From Candidatus Spongiihabitans sp. (GTDB lineage: Bacteria > Pseudomonadota > Gammaproteobacteria > Arenicellales > Poriferihabitantaceae): a stretch of DNA of 64,000 nucleotides. The notes under the pieces are model-generated. The model saw nothing but the letters and a program-made list of their open reading frames with translations. It had not been told where the DNA came from and did no database searches. Within the stretch, counting starts at the first letter, position 1, and each line of letters starts with the position of its first letter. Made by a program: the position numbers and the translations under genes. The stretch is from contig OZ253450.1 of NCBI GenBank assembly GCA_965261335.1, forward strand, positions 506,705 through 570,704, given 5' to 3'. Below, piece by piece: positions 10,122 to 20,566 of this stretch.

Positions 10122-10575
10122 GGGTTCTTCTGGCAACCTATGGGTATAGGTTAAGTTTTCCACAATTAAGCAGAATTAAAACGCGATAGTTTTCGAAGTT
10201 TCTAAATCCTCTGGCAACCGGTTTTATAAACTGAATCTTTGAATTAAATCCTTCTGTGGTCGCATTGGTGATGCGATGTTTCAAGTAGGTCATTATGTTG
10301 TCGAGATGGTTTTTCAGCATCTTGGCGACTGATATGACCGGCTTTAGGCGTGAATGTGTCGCCCACCAGTACCCTTTCTTAAAGAACGCTCGGGCTAGTT
10401 TATCATCGCAGTAAGTCCACAGCTCAAGCAGCGTCTCTTTGATTGCTCAAGCTCGGGCAACCTTCAATCCTTTTGATTGAAGTGCGTAAAAAGTGTCTTT
10501 ATCTTTCTGATTCCATTTGTCTGGATTGCGTAACCATGTATAGCGAGACCCGACCAAATCATCGATACTAGTGTT
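10122..10575 (-). mobile_element. ISL3-family IS fragment (terminal repeat plus C-terminal third of the transposase)
   Basis: Starts with GGGTTCTTCTGGCAACCTATGGGTATAGG. ORF 10138..10320 is a paralogue of 1767..1949. It abuts IS30 copy 2. Confidence 0.7.
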
Positions 10576-11687
10576 GGCGAATTCAACCCATAAGTGCAAC
10601 ACTCGGGTTTATATTATGATCTATTCCCATTGCGTGGGAAAAGACCTCCATAAGGGTTATACCCCAAACATTTTCTAGGTCGGTTGTTCATTAAATCGGT
10701 CGCTTTGAACCGCTCTTTTTCGGTGACTTTATGCAAAGGCATTTTCTTTGGAAAAAATTGCCTGAACAAAAAGTATGAGCAAGCCATTGTGCCAGATGAT
10801 TATTTGGCATTCAAGCCACGCTCCCAAGAGTGATACGGTTTAGCAAAATAAGTTTCACACTCGAGTTGTTTGGCAAGATCACTATGCCAACAAAATTCCC
10901 TGCCGTTATCAAAGGTTAGTGTCATTACATGTTGTTTCATATGCTTTAACAACCCGAGTATAGCCGCGTTGGTTTCTTTTGCGGTTTTGTTCTTAGTCCG
11001 AAGTGCGAGATAAAGCCTACTTTTGCGTTCAGCAAGGGTGGCAAACACCCCTTGACGACCTTTACCGATAACACAATCAGCTTTCCCCCTCTATCACTAC
11101 GCCTATACGCGAACGATTGTCCACTATACGGGGTCTATCAGCAATATCAACCCGATTGGGGAGCGTCCGCGGTAATCGTTCTGGCCATAACGCTTGCGAT
11201 ATTTCTTACCCTGATGGCGCAAGTATCGATATAACGACCCATCCGCTACTTTGTCTTTCAAAATGAGACGATAGATGGATTCGGTGCTAATACTGATGTT
11301 TTCCCCCCATTTTCTTGCCGACCGCTAATTTGTTCAGGACTCCAATACAGCACGAGCTTTTGTTGAATATGAAACTTTAACTCGTCATTGAGTTTGATGT
11401 GCTTGGGCTTTTGCTGATGCCTCGTTTGGGCAAAGCGGTGGGCTTGTTTGTAGCGATAGCCGTTGCCCCCGGTATTGCGTTTAATTTCACGGCTGATGGT
11501 TGACCTACTTCTGCCCATGGTTTTAGCGATTTCTGTCAGTGTACAATGCTGCTGATTCATGAGGTAAATGTGGTATCTTTCGTGTTCAGTCAAATGGGTA
11601 TATCTCGTCATGTTTTACTCCTTTTTTCTCGTCAGTTAAAAGAGCACAGTATGCCCTTGGCTGACTTAGGAGTGTTGCACTTATTAT
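10576..11687 (-). mobile_element. IS30-family element, copy 2 (inverted relative to copy 1), decayed, left end split by IS5
   Basis: Mirror image of copy 1 (ORFs 10800..11048 and 11258..11611). The last 13 bp of its terminal repeat (attatgtgaattc) reappear at 12945..12957 beyond the IS5 insertion. Confidence 0.8.
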
Positions 11688-12944
11688 GAGACCTTTGCAT
11701 AAATCCACCCGGGGCCCCACTTAAAATGGTAAAATAGCGTTCATTCAATAAACCCTTGAGGATACCGTCAAATGTCTTGGAAACAAACCGCCCAATACTC
11801 GTTCGCAGATGCCCTTTTAATTGAGCATAAGTCATTGTCCAAACTAGATGATGTGCATGAAATTATCGATTGGAAACAGATCGAAAAAACGCTCAGCCAT
11901 CTTTATGCCAGCAAGCGCGGTGTGCCAGCATACCCACCTTTGATGATGTTTAAGATACTGATTTTACAGGCGTGGTATAACTTAAGCGATGAAGCCTTAG
12001 AAGAACAGATAGCCCGGGATTTAATGTTCCGCCGGTTTATTGGTTTGAGTCTCAGTGATGCAGTACCCGATCATTCCACTATTTGGCGGTTTAGGAACTT
12101 ATTACACACCGAAAATCTGCTTGATTCTTTATTGGTGCAGATCAATAACCATCTCGCTAAAAACAGTCTTATTGTTGCCACAGGCTCGGTCAATATTATC
12201 GATGCGACTGTGATTGAGGCGAAGCAATGCCGTTCTAAAAAGAACAAACAAGGCGACAATACCCAAGACCCAGAAGCGGCATGGAACGTGAAAACGGCAT
12301 CCGATGGCAGGCGTAAAAGCACCTACGGATTTAAGATGCACGCCAATACCGATGAAGATGGTTTTATCAAGAAAATGACCTATACGCCTGGCAATGTGCA
12401 TGATTCACAGGAGTTTGAACATCTGTTAGGCGATAGGCACGGACAAGTTTACGCAGACAGTGCCTATGCCAACAAAGACAATGACGAGAAACTGGGTAAA
12501 GAAAACAATAGAATCTTGCACCGGGCTTATCGCAACACACCATTAACGGAGCAACAAAAAGCACTGAATAAAATGTATAGCAGTGTCCGCTATGTGGTTG
12601 AACGCACCTTTGGTTTGCTCAAACTGCATCACGGATTAGGCAAGGCAAGATACATGGGGTTAGCCAGAAACAAAACCCGCGCACATCTGATTGCCATGAG
12701 CCATAACCTTAAAACTGGGATGAATATTTTCAAAGAACTGCAACGTTTAAAGGAGAGTTGTGCCTAAATGGGCAATAAAACAGATAAAAACCCACTAAAA
12801 GTGGTTAAAAGTGCCGAAATAGCGGCTTTTTTGGTGTCGTATTGATGATTGAGAGAACATGGGCGAAAAAATGAGGCAAATTTATAAAAAATCACGTTGT
12901 TTGTGAGTTGCGAGGGGGTGTTTTGTGGATTATGCAAAAGTCTC
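11688..12944 (+). mobile_element. IS5-family element, apparently intact
   Basis: Terminal inverted repeats GAGACCTTTGCATAAATCCAC and GTGGATTATGCAAAAGTCTC, with a single 331-aa transposase ORF. It is flanked by a duplicated ATTA/ATTAT of the IS30 terminal repeat. Confidence 0.8.
11772..12767 (+). CDS. IS5-family DDE transposase
   Basis: Uninterrupted 331 aa. The N-terminus has the ...PAYPPLMMFKILILQAWYNLSDEALEEQIARDLMFRRFIGLSL..VPDHSTIWRFRNLL motif, and the DDE region includes YADSAY. Confidence 0.85.
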   Translation: MSWKQTAQYSFADALLIEHKSLSKLDDVHEIIDWKQIEKTLSHLYASKRGVPAYPPLMMFKILILQAWYNLSDEALEEQIARDLMFRRFIGLSLSDAVPDHSTIWRFRNLLHTENLLDSLLVQINNHLAKNSLIVATGSVNIIDATVIEAKQCRSKKNKQGDNTQDPEAAWNVKTASDGRRKSTYGFKMHANTDEDGFIKKMTYTPGNVHDSQEFEHLLGDRHGQVYADSAYANKDNDEKLGKENNRILHRAYRNTPLTEQQKALNKMYSSVRYVVERTFGLLKLHHGLGKARYMGLARNKTRAHLIAMSHNLKTGMNIFKELQRLKESCA

Positions 12945-12962
12945 ATTATGTGAATTCAAGCA

Positions 12963-14024
12963 CTTTATTTAAGACCCAATGGGCTATTTTAGGCTATGGG
13001 TGCCTTAAATCATGCCCTTTAGACAAATTTAAGGCGGATTTATCCTAGTATTGACCCTAGTCAGGCACCAAATTGATGTTTTCAAAACCCAGCGTAATCA
13101 CTCTTTTGAGGTTGAAAGTCAGTGTGCGGATGCCTACTAAAATTGCACCTTATTCAAACCACGATAACGAACACGCCGGTTACGATGAGCAAAGACACGT
13201 TCATAAGGTGAACGCATCGCTGAAAGCCAACCATCTTTTTTAGCATCTTTGCGTTTGAGGGTGGTTTTGGCTGAGTTCACACAGTCCCTTTATCGCCAAA
13301 AACAGCACCTCCTGTGGGGCAAACGTGAGCAACACCTTCAGCATCGGTTATTGCCACCGATATGTCCGCAATCTTATTGATTAAACCACTCTGCATATCA
13401 ACCGAGGCGTGTTCTTTATAACCATACCAAAACTGGTTACCCCCTTACAACCAAAGTGCCCATTATCAACCGCTATTTTTTCAGCCGTCTTATTATTAAA
13501 CTTCTCTAAACCGGCATTAACAGCACGATCTCTATCGTCCCAAGTGGTCAGCTTACTCACCAAGTGACTGGCATCAACAAAGGTAAAAACCTCGCGAATT
13601 AAATCCATAGACTTCAGTTCTTTACGAACACGGTTAAAAATCGTCATTAAGTTTTTTGTGCATAAGCGTTTCCGAAAATCACCAAAGTAACTGTGATCCG
13701 GGGGATTCTCTCCTAAATCCAATTCGCAAACCATTTATCCAGAATTGCTCTCCTGCAAAAAACGTTCCATTTCACGGTCGCTCATATATTCCATGAATTG
13801 TAAAACGCAGGGCGCGTAAGCCAAAGACAACCCCTTTTTCTTTGCGACCTTTAACCGAATAGAGATTAACGTAAGGTTTGGCTAGTTCATCGAATGACAA
13901 TAAAGCATCAAGCTCACGATAGGAATGGTTTGCTGCTACCAGATCGTCTAGTGCATAAACAGCATATTTTGTTGGCGTCTGCTTATAAATAAGACTCGTT
14001 TTGAATTTCGGGTATTATCTCATA
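12963..14024 (-). mobile_element. decayed IS5/IS1182-superfamily element, copy B
   Basis: Co-linear with 2139..3252 by eye, with extra deletions. The only ORF over 60 aa is 13381..13734. Confidence 0.65.
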
Positions 14025-14039
14025 CTTTCGTGCTATTAA

Positions 14040-15121
14040 CCGACAAGCCCATTGTTAGGAAAGTGCGGAAATTAAAAAGTACAGCGCATTGGCAACAAAA
14101 TCTGAACACGGCAGGGTGTCACCACCAAAATCTCGCTTCAGTTCCTTGACTCGGTTCTCGCTGTCCTCGCCACGTTGCCATATTAGTCATATTGGCCAGT
14201 GGACAATCTCGCTATCGCTTAGTCCATCCCGATTAGTGGCAATCGCACGATAAATATAAGCACCCGAGTTTATTTCCTCTGAATTATCGGGTGAACCTAA
14301 ATCCAGACTCGTTTGACCTATAACGGCTGTTCTCTGAATGATCAGGGTGAAGCCTTTTGCATAATCACCGATACAGAAGCTGGTGCGGTAGGTATCCTGA
14401 CTACTGACCGCTTCGCCTTTTTTATCGAGGAAGGGATCCAGTCCGAAGCACTTACCACCGCTATCTGTGTGCACATAGCCGCGCTGGTCTTGGCTCGAAT
14501 GGCATACTCGATGCCTTCCGTATCGCAATATTCAATGATTTTTGTTTGGTAGCCTGCAACATCGATACGCAGGGCACTCACGGCACAGCCTTCGGGTAAT
14601 GACTGCTGGCATTGCTTGATAAACGCCAGATTATCTTCCGCTGGCGGCACATGCTTTGACGGAAATCTACGTCCACAATCTGCCCTGTTTCCGCTATATG
14701 CCCGACCATCGGTATAAAGCCTTTGCGTTTGTTGTCAGTCCACTGCACTTGGGCTTTATGGGCAACAATTTCAGTGGTGTCAATGTCCAGCGTCACTTTC
14801 TTACAGCGATGCAAGGCTGCCTTCAATACGGCTTTATTGACCTTCACCCAAGTTACCACGGGCAGTATGGATTTGCGGATCTATTCCAACCCGCCTGAGC
14901 CAGCCTCCAAGCGTGGTCGCTTGGGGAAGTTTATTCATATCCAACACAGTACACAGCGCCCCATCATCTTGAATATGGCGAACCTCATCCAAGTGAAAAC
15001 TGCCTTCATGCCGCATCAGGATGAATATCTTGGTGAATTTAGAGGGCGGGTACCCACGATTACTTTTTGGCAGAGGGAAGTGCTTATCGATTCGCTCAGA
15101 CATGTTCAGGGAGTCCATTAG
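14040..15121 (-). pseudogene. IS1380-family transposase, multiply frameshifted and 3'-truncated
   Basis: Consecutive pieces lie in different frames: 14834..15118 (MDSLNMSERIDKHFPLPKSNRGYPPSKF...), 14578..14859, 14342..14650 and 14187..14528 (...YRAIATNRDGLSDSEIVHW), then ...ENRVKELKRDFGGDTLPCSDFVANALYF. Confidence 0.6.
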
Positions 15122-15327
15122 GAGTCCATTACTTGAGCAGTAGCCAATAAACCGGCACGAGATGTGAGTAAATCGTTCGTTGTATCGAGTTTATATGGTA
15201 GCACAGTCATAAGCCTTGAGTTGTACGCCCATTAGGTGATGGAGAGTTTAAGTGCTAACCATTATACCACCAAGGCTCCTTACGTTTTAGGGGTTATCTA
15301 TCTGCGGATCTGGGTAACAGGATTAGG

Positions 15328-15368
15328 TTGACATCACGCGGATAAAAAGTGTAAGGTGTCGCGACACC
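15328..15368 (+). promoter_or_regulatory. candidate sigma70 promoter plus 14-bp perfect palindrome upstream of the needle operon
   Basis: TTGACA (15328-15333), an 18-nt spacer, then TAAGGT (15352-15357). This overlaps the palindrome GGTGTCGCGACACC (15355-15368), 26 nt upstream of the sctF ATG. AGGAGA lies at 15382-15387. Confidence 0.3.
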
Positions 15369-15393
15369 AATCACAAATTTAGGAGAATCGGTT

Positions 15394-15618
15394 ATGTCAG
15401 AATTCACACTCGACAATGTAACAAAAGTGCTAGACCCGCAAATCCAAAAGGAAGACACCAAATTGAGGGACATGATGAGTACCGGCAAAGAACTCAGCAC
15501 GGTGGATATGGTCAAGCTACAAATGGAGTCCAATAAATATTATATGACTATTCAATTGGAAAGTGCACTGGCCAAAAACATGAAGGATGCGTTTAGCCAA
15601 ATTGTGCAGAAGATGTAA
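15394..15618 (+). CDS. sctF: type III secretion needle subunit
   Basis: 74-aa two-helix protein with a C-terminus ...ESALAKNMKDAFSQIVQKM like YscF/PrgI/MxiH. It is the first gene of the sctF-I-J-K-L block. Confidence 0.75.
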   Translation: MSEFTLDNVTKVLDPQIQKEDTKLRDMMSTGKELSTVDMVKLQMESNKYYMTIQLESALAKNMKDAFSQIVQKM

Positions 15619-15624
15619 CCACCG

Positions 15625-16020
15625 ATGGAAAATTTAATTTCAAAAGATATTTTGCGTCAGTGTTCGGAACTCGGTTTCGCCGCTAGTCGCTGGTCTGCTT
15701 TGCGTGAATATTCCCTGAGTGTTTTCGAAGCTATCAAGGAAGTTGCTCCAGACAATCCTGCTTGGATTGTTGGCTCGGCAATGGTCTATGCGTGTGCTGA
15801 CGAAAACCCCGATGAAGCACGCAACTTCATGTTAAAACACGGCATATCCAGTAACTCAGGTGACCCTTTGGCGCGTGCCTTCCTAGGGGTTTTTCTGACT
15901 CTCGGGTTGCGCACTGGAGAGGGAGAAGAAGTGTTGCGAAGTGTGGTAGCAGAGGGTAGCAATCCCGAGGCAGTCAACCTAGCTAAGGTAACGCTGGATA
16001 ATATGCATCTAGCCTCTTGA
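15625..16020 (+). CDS. putative needle-subunit co-chaperone (YscG/PscG-like helical repeat protein)
   Basis: 131-aa all-helical ORF directly after sctF, in the yscG position. Sequence similarity was not verified. Confidence 0.35.
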   Translation: MENLISKDILRQCSELGFAASRWSALREYSLSVFEAIKEVAPDNPAWIVGSAMVYACADENPDEARNFMLKHGISSNSGDPLARAFLGVFLTLGLRTGEGEEVLRSVVAEGSNPEAVNLAKVTLDNMHLAS

Positions 16021-16091
16021 TACGTTCGCACAGTTGGGCAGTGCTGTGAGGCAACAAAAAAAGCCTATTATTATGGATTCTGGAGTCGATT

Positions 16092-16538
16092 ATGCCAGTT
16101 GATATGAGTAGTCTGCAACGAATGTTGATGGATCGGTTGCAGGAGCAAATTGCTAGCCCACCAGTACAACAGCAGCAGGCGGATTCGCAGCAAGTCGCCC
16201 AATTTCAGAATGAGTTAGGAGCAGACGCAGGCACAAAGAATGCGGGTGCTACGCAGCCAGTGGCGGCCGGAGACGGCAACAATGCAGTCAATTTGCAAAC
16301 CGTGCAGAGTCAGGCATTAACGCCTGGCGATAGAATTCTGGCCAATATGTCTTCACCCAGTGCCAACGGCATCGATGCCCGACAGATAACGCCGGTCGCC
16401 AACATTGCTGGAGACGGTGTCAGCGGTCTCGTACATGCCCAGATGGCAATGAATGAAGCCACATTGAATTCCAGCATAGGCGTTAATTCGCTCAGTAGCA
16501 CGTCTCAGGGTTTTGAAAGCCTGTTGAAATCGTCATAA
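16092..16538 (+). CDS. sctI: putative inner rod protein
   Basis: 148 aa, located between the needle and sctJ genes. Q-rich N-terminus and a C-terminal amphipathic stretch ...AQMAMNEATLNSSIGVNSLSSTSQGFESLLKSS, reminiscent of YscI/PrgJ tails. Confidence 0.5.
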   Translation: MPVDMSSLQRMLMDRLQEQIASPPVQQQQADSQQVAQFQNELGADAGTKNAGATQPVAAGDGNNAVNLQTVQSQALTPGDRILANMSSPSANGIDARQITPVANIAGDGVSGLVHAQMAMNEATLNSSIGVNSLSSTSQGFESLLKSS

Positions 16539-16664
16539 ACTGCTGTTTCCCTGCGACAAGGCAGAACACATGAAAACTACAGCTGTATATCACCCGCACC
16601 TATTTTTCCGTGTTGCAAGAAGCACTATTCTTCCGCCTGCGGGAACCAAAACGGTCGGGTAACC

Positions 16665-17414
16665 ATGAAAGCCCTAAAAGTCCTCGCGGCAAGTGTGTTG
16701 CTTTGCTTGTTGGCGGCTTGCAAGGTCGAGCTTTATGCGCAACTGGATGAACAGCAGGGGAACGAAATGCTCGCCCTGTTGCTGGACAACGGCATCAGTA
16801 GCAATAAAGTTCAGGGCAAGGGCAATATGATTAGCCTGCATGTGGACGAAAGAAAAATATCAGAGGCGGTTGAAATCCTGCGGCGCAATGGTTTTCCAAA
16901 ACACAAATTTTCCACCGTCAATGACATGTTTGGCACCGACAAGCTAATATACACACCCTTTGAAGATCGAGCTCGCTACAATTACGTCCTCTCCCAGGAA
17001 ATCGCCGAGACGCTATCTCATGTGGACGGGGTGATAGAAGTGCGAGTGCATCTAGTCACGCCCGATAAACAGCGACACGGCGAGCAGTCACCGAAGGACT
17101 CAACTTCAGCATCTGTCTTTATCAAGCATAACCCCTCCTTTGATTTCAACGCCTATATACCCGAAATCAAGACCATCGTCGCCAGTGGTATCGCTGGCAT
17201 GTCGTATGAGAATGTCAGTGTCACTCTCTTTCCCGCACAAAAAGAAACAAAGATGAGCGATTTGCATCGTCCGATTCATCTTGAATATGTGTTTTCCCTT
17301 GAATTAGCCACAAAATCGGTGACTCGTTTTTATCTAATCGTTGGTAGTCTGCTGGCACTGATTTTCATATCCGTTGTGACCAATATTTACCTGCTCTTGT
17401 CAAGGAACGGCTAG
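16665..17414 (+). CDS. sctJ: T3SS inner-membrane ring lipoprotein
   Basis: Lipobox LLAAC, then KVELYAQLDEQQGNEMLALLLDNGI (YscJ/PrgK/EscJ signature start) and a C-terminal TM helix. Confidence 0.85.
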   Translation: MKALKVLAASVLLCLLAACKVELYAQLDEQQGNEMLALLLDNGISSNKVQGKGNMISLHVDERKISEAVEILRRNGFPKHKFSTVNDMFGTDKLIYTPFEDRARYNYVLSQEIAETLSHVDGVIEVRVHLVTPDKQRHGEQSPKDSTSASVFIKHNPSFDFNAYIPEIKTIVASGIAGMSYENVSVTLFPAQKETKMSDLHRPIHLEYVFSLELATKSVTRFYLIVGSLLALIFISVVTNIYLLLSRNG

Positions 17415-17444
17415 ACTTTAGCTAACACGGCGAAGTTACCGATC

Positions 17445-18161
17445 ATGTATAATACAGATACGCCGAAGGTATTAGACAGCTCTGCAGTCTCAACCCCAGA
17501 ACTGTTTTCCGCAATCCTCAGATTTAATTTTCAGCCCGCTGGTTACATGGATACAAGCTGGTGGCAACCCGAGTGGCCGTCTAGTGAGTTACGGGCGCAT
17601 TTGCATAAGAGCAGACGGGCACAGTGCCGTCTGTCACAGATTATCCTGCATCAGTTTGGATTGACTAGCAAATTCGACCTCGACTTTGCCATAGAAAAGA
17701 AACGCCTAGCCTTGCTGACGCCGACCCGCCTTATGTATCTGATCAAGCTGGCGGGGTTGATTCTACAAATACAACGCATTGCCCGTGCTATTCTTCGTCA
17801 GGATAGGGAATCCATCACTGCTACTGTCGGTGAATCAGATTATCGCTTCGCTCTTAAGCACGCTACCCAGATACTCAGGAAAGCAGGAGTTGAGCCAGTG
17901 GCGATTACTGATGACATGGTAGGTGATACCCGCTTCAGCACACTAGAGGAGGACTGTCGGCGATTTGGTTTCGGTGCATTTGCGTTAGCTATGCAAGATA
18001 TGTCGACGGCTTTCTCGCGCCGCTTACAATTAAAATTAACCAAAACAGATGTTGATCAATATTGGCACGATGCGGATGCACAAACTAATGAGGCGGTGTC
18101 AGCGGGTGACCAAAGTGCTCGCTTTTTCCTCATCCTCAATCGGGAGGTAGGTGCAACGTGA
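17445..18161 (+). CDS. sctK: T3SS sorting-platform protein, YscK-like
   Basis: 238 aa between sctJ and sctL. LRFNFQPAGYMD resembles the YscK LRFCPAAY motif from my recollection. The stop overlaps the sctL start. Confidence 0.55.
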   Translation: MYNTDTPKVLDSSAVSTPELFSAILRFNFQPAGYMDTSWWQPEWPSSELRAHLHKSRRAQCRLSQIILHQFGLTSKFDLDFAIEKKRLALLTPTRLMYLIKLAGLILQIQRIARAILRQDRESITATVGESDYRFALKHATQILRKAGVEPVAITDDMVGDTRFSTLEEDCRRFGFGAFALAMQDMSTAFSRRLQLKLTKTDVDQYWHDADAQTNEAVSAGDQSARFFLILNREVGAT

Positions 18162-18766
18162 CCAGAGTCGCCATAAGAAAACTTGGCGAGATACCGGTCT
18201 CACCAATAGGTAAAGTTATCCGCTCGGCGGATTATCAACTGATTCTTGAGTGTGAGGAGTCCATCGCCGCCGTCAAACAGGAAGCGGAAATCTTGTACCA
18301 GAAAACCTGCACGGAGGCACGCAGTGTTGGAGAGTCTCAAGGACAGGAGCAAGCGGCTGAGCAACTGCTCAAAACAACGCTAGGAATTAATGAATATCTG
18401 GTTGCGATAGAGCAAAAACTGGCAACCATTATTGTCGATACGGTAAAAAAAATCATCGGCGATTGTGATGCTGTTGAGGCTGTGAGTGGCATGGTAGGCA
18501 GAGCACTGTACCATGTGCGTAATGAAAACCGTATCACTCTGCAGGTGTCGCCCGGCCAGTCCGATGGCATTCGCGAGCGGCTTGGTGCCGTGACCACAAA
18601 CTATCGCAACATGGGTGTGGTTGATGTCGTCGCAGCACCTGCGATAGCGGACGGGGCTTGTCGGCTAGAGACCGCCGCCGGCACTATCGACACCAGCCTC
18701 GATCGACAGATCGAGTTACTGGAAAAAGCTTTGTGGGAGAGCCTCAACCGAGCTACGGAGGTTTGA
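18158..18766 (+). CDS. sctL: T3SS stator protein (YscL/HrpE family)
   Basis: 202 aa with an N-terminal coiled coil and a FliH-like C-terminus (...TLQVSPGQ...RLETAAGTIDTSLDRQIELLEKAL). Confidence 0.7.
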   Translation: MTRVAIRKLGEIPVSPIGKVIRSADYQLILECEESIAAVKQEAEILYQKTCTEARSVGESQGQEQAAEQLLKTTLGINEYLVAIEQKLATIIVDTVKKIIGDCDAVEAVSGMVGRALYHVRNENRITLQVSPGQSDGIRERLGAVTTNYRNMGVVDVVAAPAIADGACRLETAAGTIDTSLDRQIELLEKALWESLNRATEV

Positions 18767-18767
18767 C

Positions 18768-19205
18768 ATGGCTGGACTGGATCTGCATATCTCCGCCTTT
18801 GCCGAACGTTATCGTATTGATGATCTTAGTGCGGATGACGAAAACACCTATATCCTGACCTTCGACGATGACTTAGAAATACGCTGTTTTGAAAATTTCG
18901 ATTTGATTCATTTGGTCGCTCACTTGGAGCGGTTGCCAGAACATGACAGCGAGGTGGAGGCGCGATTACAGAAAGTACTCAACTATGCGTTAATGCGAAT
19001 GAAGCACAGCCGCGCCACGCCTATACTGGACGGAGACAATTGCCTGTTGCTGTTTGAGCGCTTCGTGGCGAACATCAGCGGACCAATGTTTGAAGAAAAA
19101 ATCGAGCAGTTTGTTAATGTACTGGAAGAGTACCGACATTTTCTAGGGCAACGCGGGGCTACTTCCCCGCTACGCACTGATAATGCGATGATGTTCCGTC
19201 CATAA
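18768..19205 (+). CDS. class I (CesT/SycE-like) T3SS chaperone
   Basis: 145-aa acidic protein with the pattern ...[30 protein letters not shown]... typical of effector chaperones. Confidence 0.5.
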   Translation: MAGLDLHISAFAERYRIDDLSADDENTYILTFDDDLEIRCFENFDLIHLVAHLERLPEHDSEVEARLQKVLNYALMRMKHSRATPILDGDNCLLLFERFVANISGPMFEEKIEQFVNVLEEYRHFLGQRGATSPLRTDNAMMFRP

Positions 19206-19221
19206 ACTTGGAAATGATGCC

Positions 19222-20541
19222 ATGATTTCCGCTTTCGATTATATCACTGATAATTTTGCCCACACGCTCAGAGACCTCAAACTGGTCGAAATACATGGAC
19301 AGGTACAAGATGTGACTGGTGCCATGATTCGTGCCACCGCACCGGGTAGCAGAGTGGGTGAGCTTTGCTATCTGCAAACCGATGGTGAGCAGATTATGGC
19401 GGAAGTGGTGGGTTTTGAAGGCCAGTACGCACTGCTGACCCCGATGGGTAATACCACCGGGGTCTCCTATGCGGCTGCGGTTATTCCTACTGGGCGCATC
19501 CATGAGGTGCCAGTTGGACCTGAACTACTCGGTCAGGTGCTGGACGGTTTGGGGCGATCCAGTAGTGGCGAGAGACTCGCATGTCGCACAACGCGCCCGG
19601 TTTACGCCGCCCCCCCCAACCCGATGGATCGAAAAATCATCGCACAACCCTTGTCCATGGGTTTGCGGGTGCTGGACGGTCTGCTGACCTGCGGCGAGGG
19701 TCAGCGCTTGGGTATTTTCGCCGCCGCTGGAGGCGGTAAGAGTACCCTGCTTTCCATGTTGATTCGCAACGCCGATGCGGATATTGTTGTACTCGCCCTG
19801 ATTGGTGAGCGGGGGCGGGAGGTGCGGGAATTCATTGAGCATGATATTGGTAAGGAGGGACTAAAAAATACTGTGCTGGTGGTAGCGACCTCCGACCGCC
19901 CGGCGATGGAGCGGATGAAGGCGGCCTATGTTGCTACCACCATCGCTGAGTACTTCAGAGATCAAGGCAGCAAAGTGTTGCTGCTGATGGATTCGGTAAC
20001 CCGCTTCGCCAGGGCCCAACGGGAAATCGGGCTCGCCGCTGGCGAACCGCCCACACGCAGGGGGTTTCCGCCTTCAGTGTTCGCGGCTTTACCGCAATTG
20101 ATGGAACGTGCTGGACAGTCCGACAAGGGCTCCATTACCGCACTTTACACGGTGCTGGTGGAGGGAGACGACATGACCGAGCCGATTGCCGATGAAACTC
20201 GCTCCATTCTCGATGGGCACATTATCCTCTCCCGTCAGCTTGCTCAAGCCAATCACTATCCAGCGATTGACGTACTGGCCAGCGTCAGCCGCGTGATGAA
20301 CAATATCGTCGCTGATGAACACACACGCTTGGCTGGGCGTATGCGCCAACTATTAGCCAAGTACAAGGAAGTCGAACTATTGCTGAAAATAGGCGAGTAT
20401 AAAGCTGGTGCGGATGCTGATGCAGACGATGCCATCGCCCGGATTGACGGAATTAACGATTTTCTCAAACAAGGGTTGCGGGAGACCATGATGTTGGAGG
20501 ACACTTTAGAGCAGATGCGATTAGTGGTGGGTCAGGTATGA
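19222..20541 (+). CDS. sctN: T3SS ATPase
   Basis: Walker [12 protein letters not shown], Walker [13 protein letters not shown], and ...[22 protein letters not shown]..., the YscN/FliI family. Confidence 0.9.
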   Translation: MISAFDYITDNFAHTLRDLKLVEIHGQVQDVTGAMIRATAPGSRVGELCYLQTDGEQIMAEVVGFEGQYALLTPMGNTTGVSYAAAVIPTGRIHEVPVGPELLGQVLDGLGRSSSGERLACRTTRPVYAAPPNPMDRKIIAQPLSMGLRVLDGLLTCGEGQRLGIFAAAGGGKSTLLSMLIRNADADIVVLALIGERGREVREFIEHDIGKEGLKNTVLVVATSDRPAMERMKAAYVATTIAEYFRDQGSKVLLLMDSVTRFARAQREIGLAAGEPPTRRGFPPSVFAALPQLMERAGQSDKGSITALYTVLVEGDDMTEPIADETRSILDGHIILSRQLAQANHYPAIDVLASVSRVMNNIVADEHTRLAGRMRQLLAKYKEVELLLKIGEYKAGADADADDAIARIDGINDFLKQGLRETMMLEDTLEQMRLVVGQV

Positions 20542-20566
20542 ATGGATTAGGGAGAAACATCAACTA

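Noticed and set aside
14187-15121. Eight overlapping ORFs on both strands between 14187 and 15121, as separate genes
   Set aside because: The - strand pieces join into one frameshifted IS1380-type transposase. The + strand ORFs are antisense shadows.
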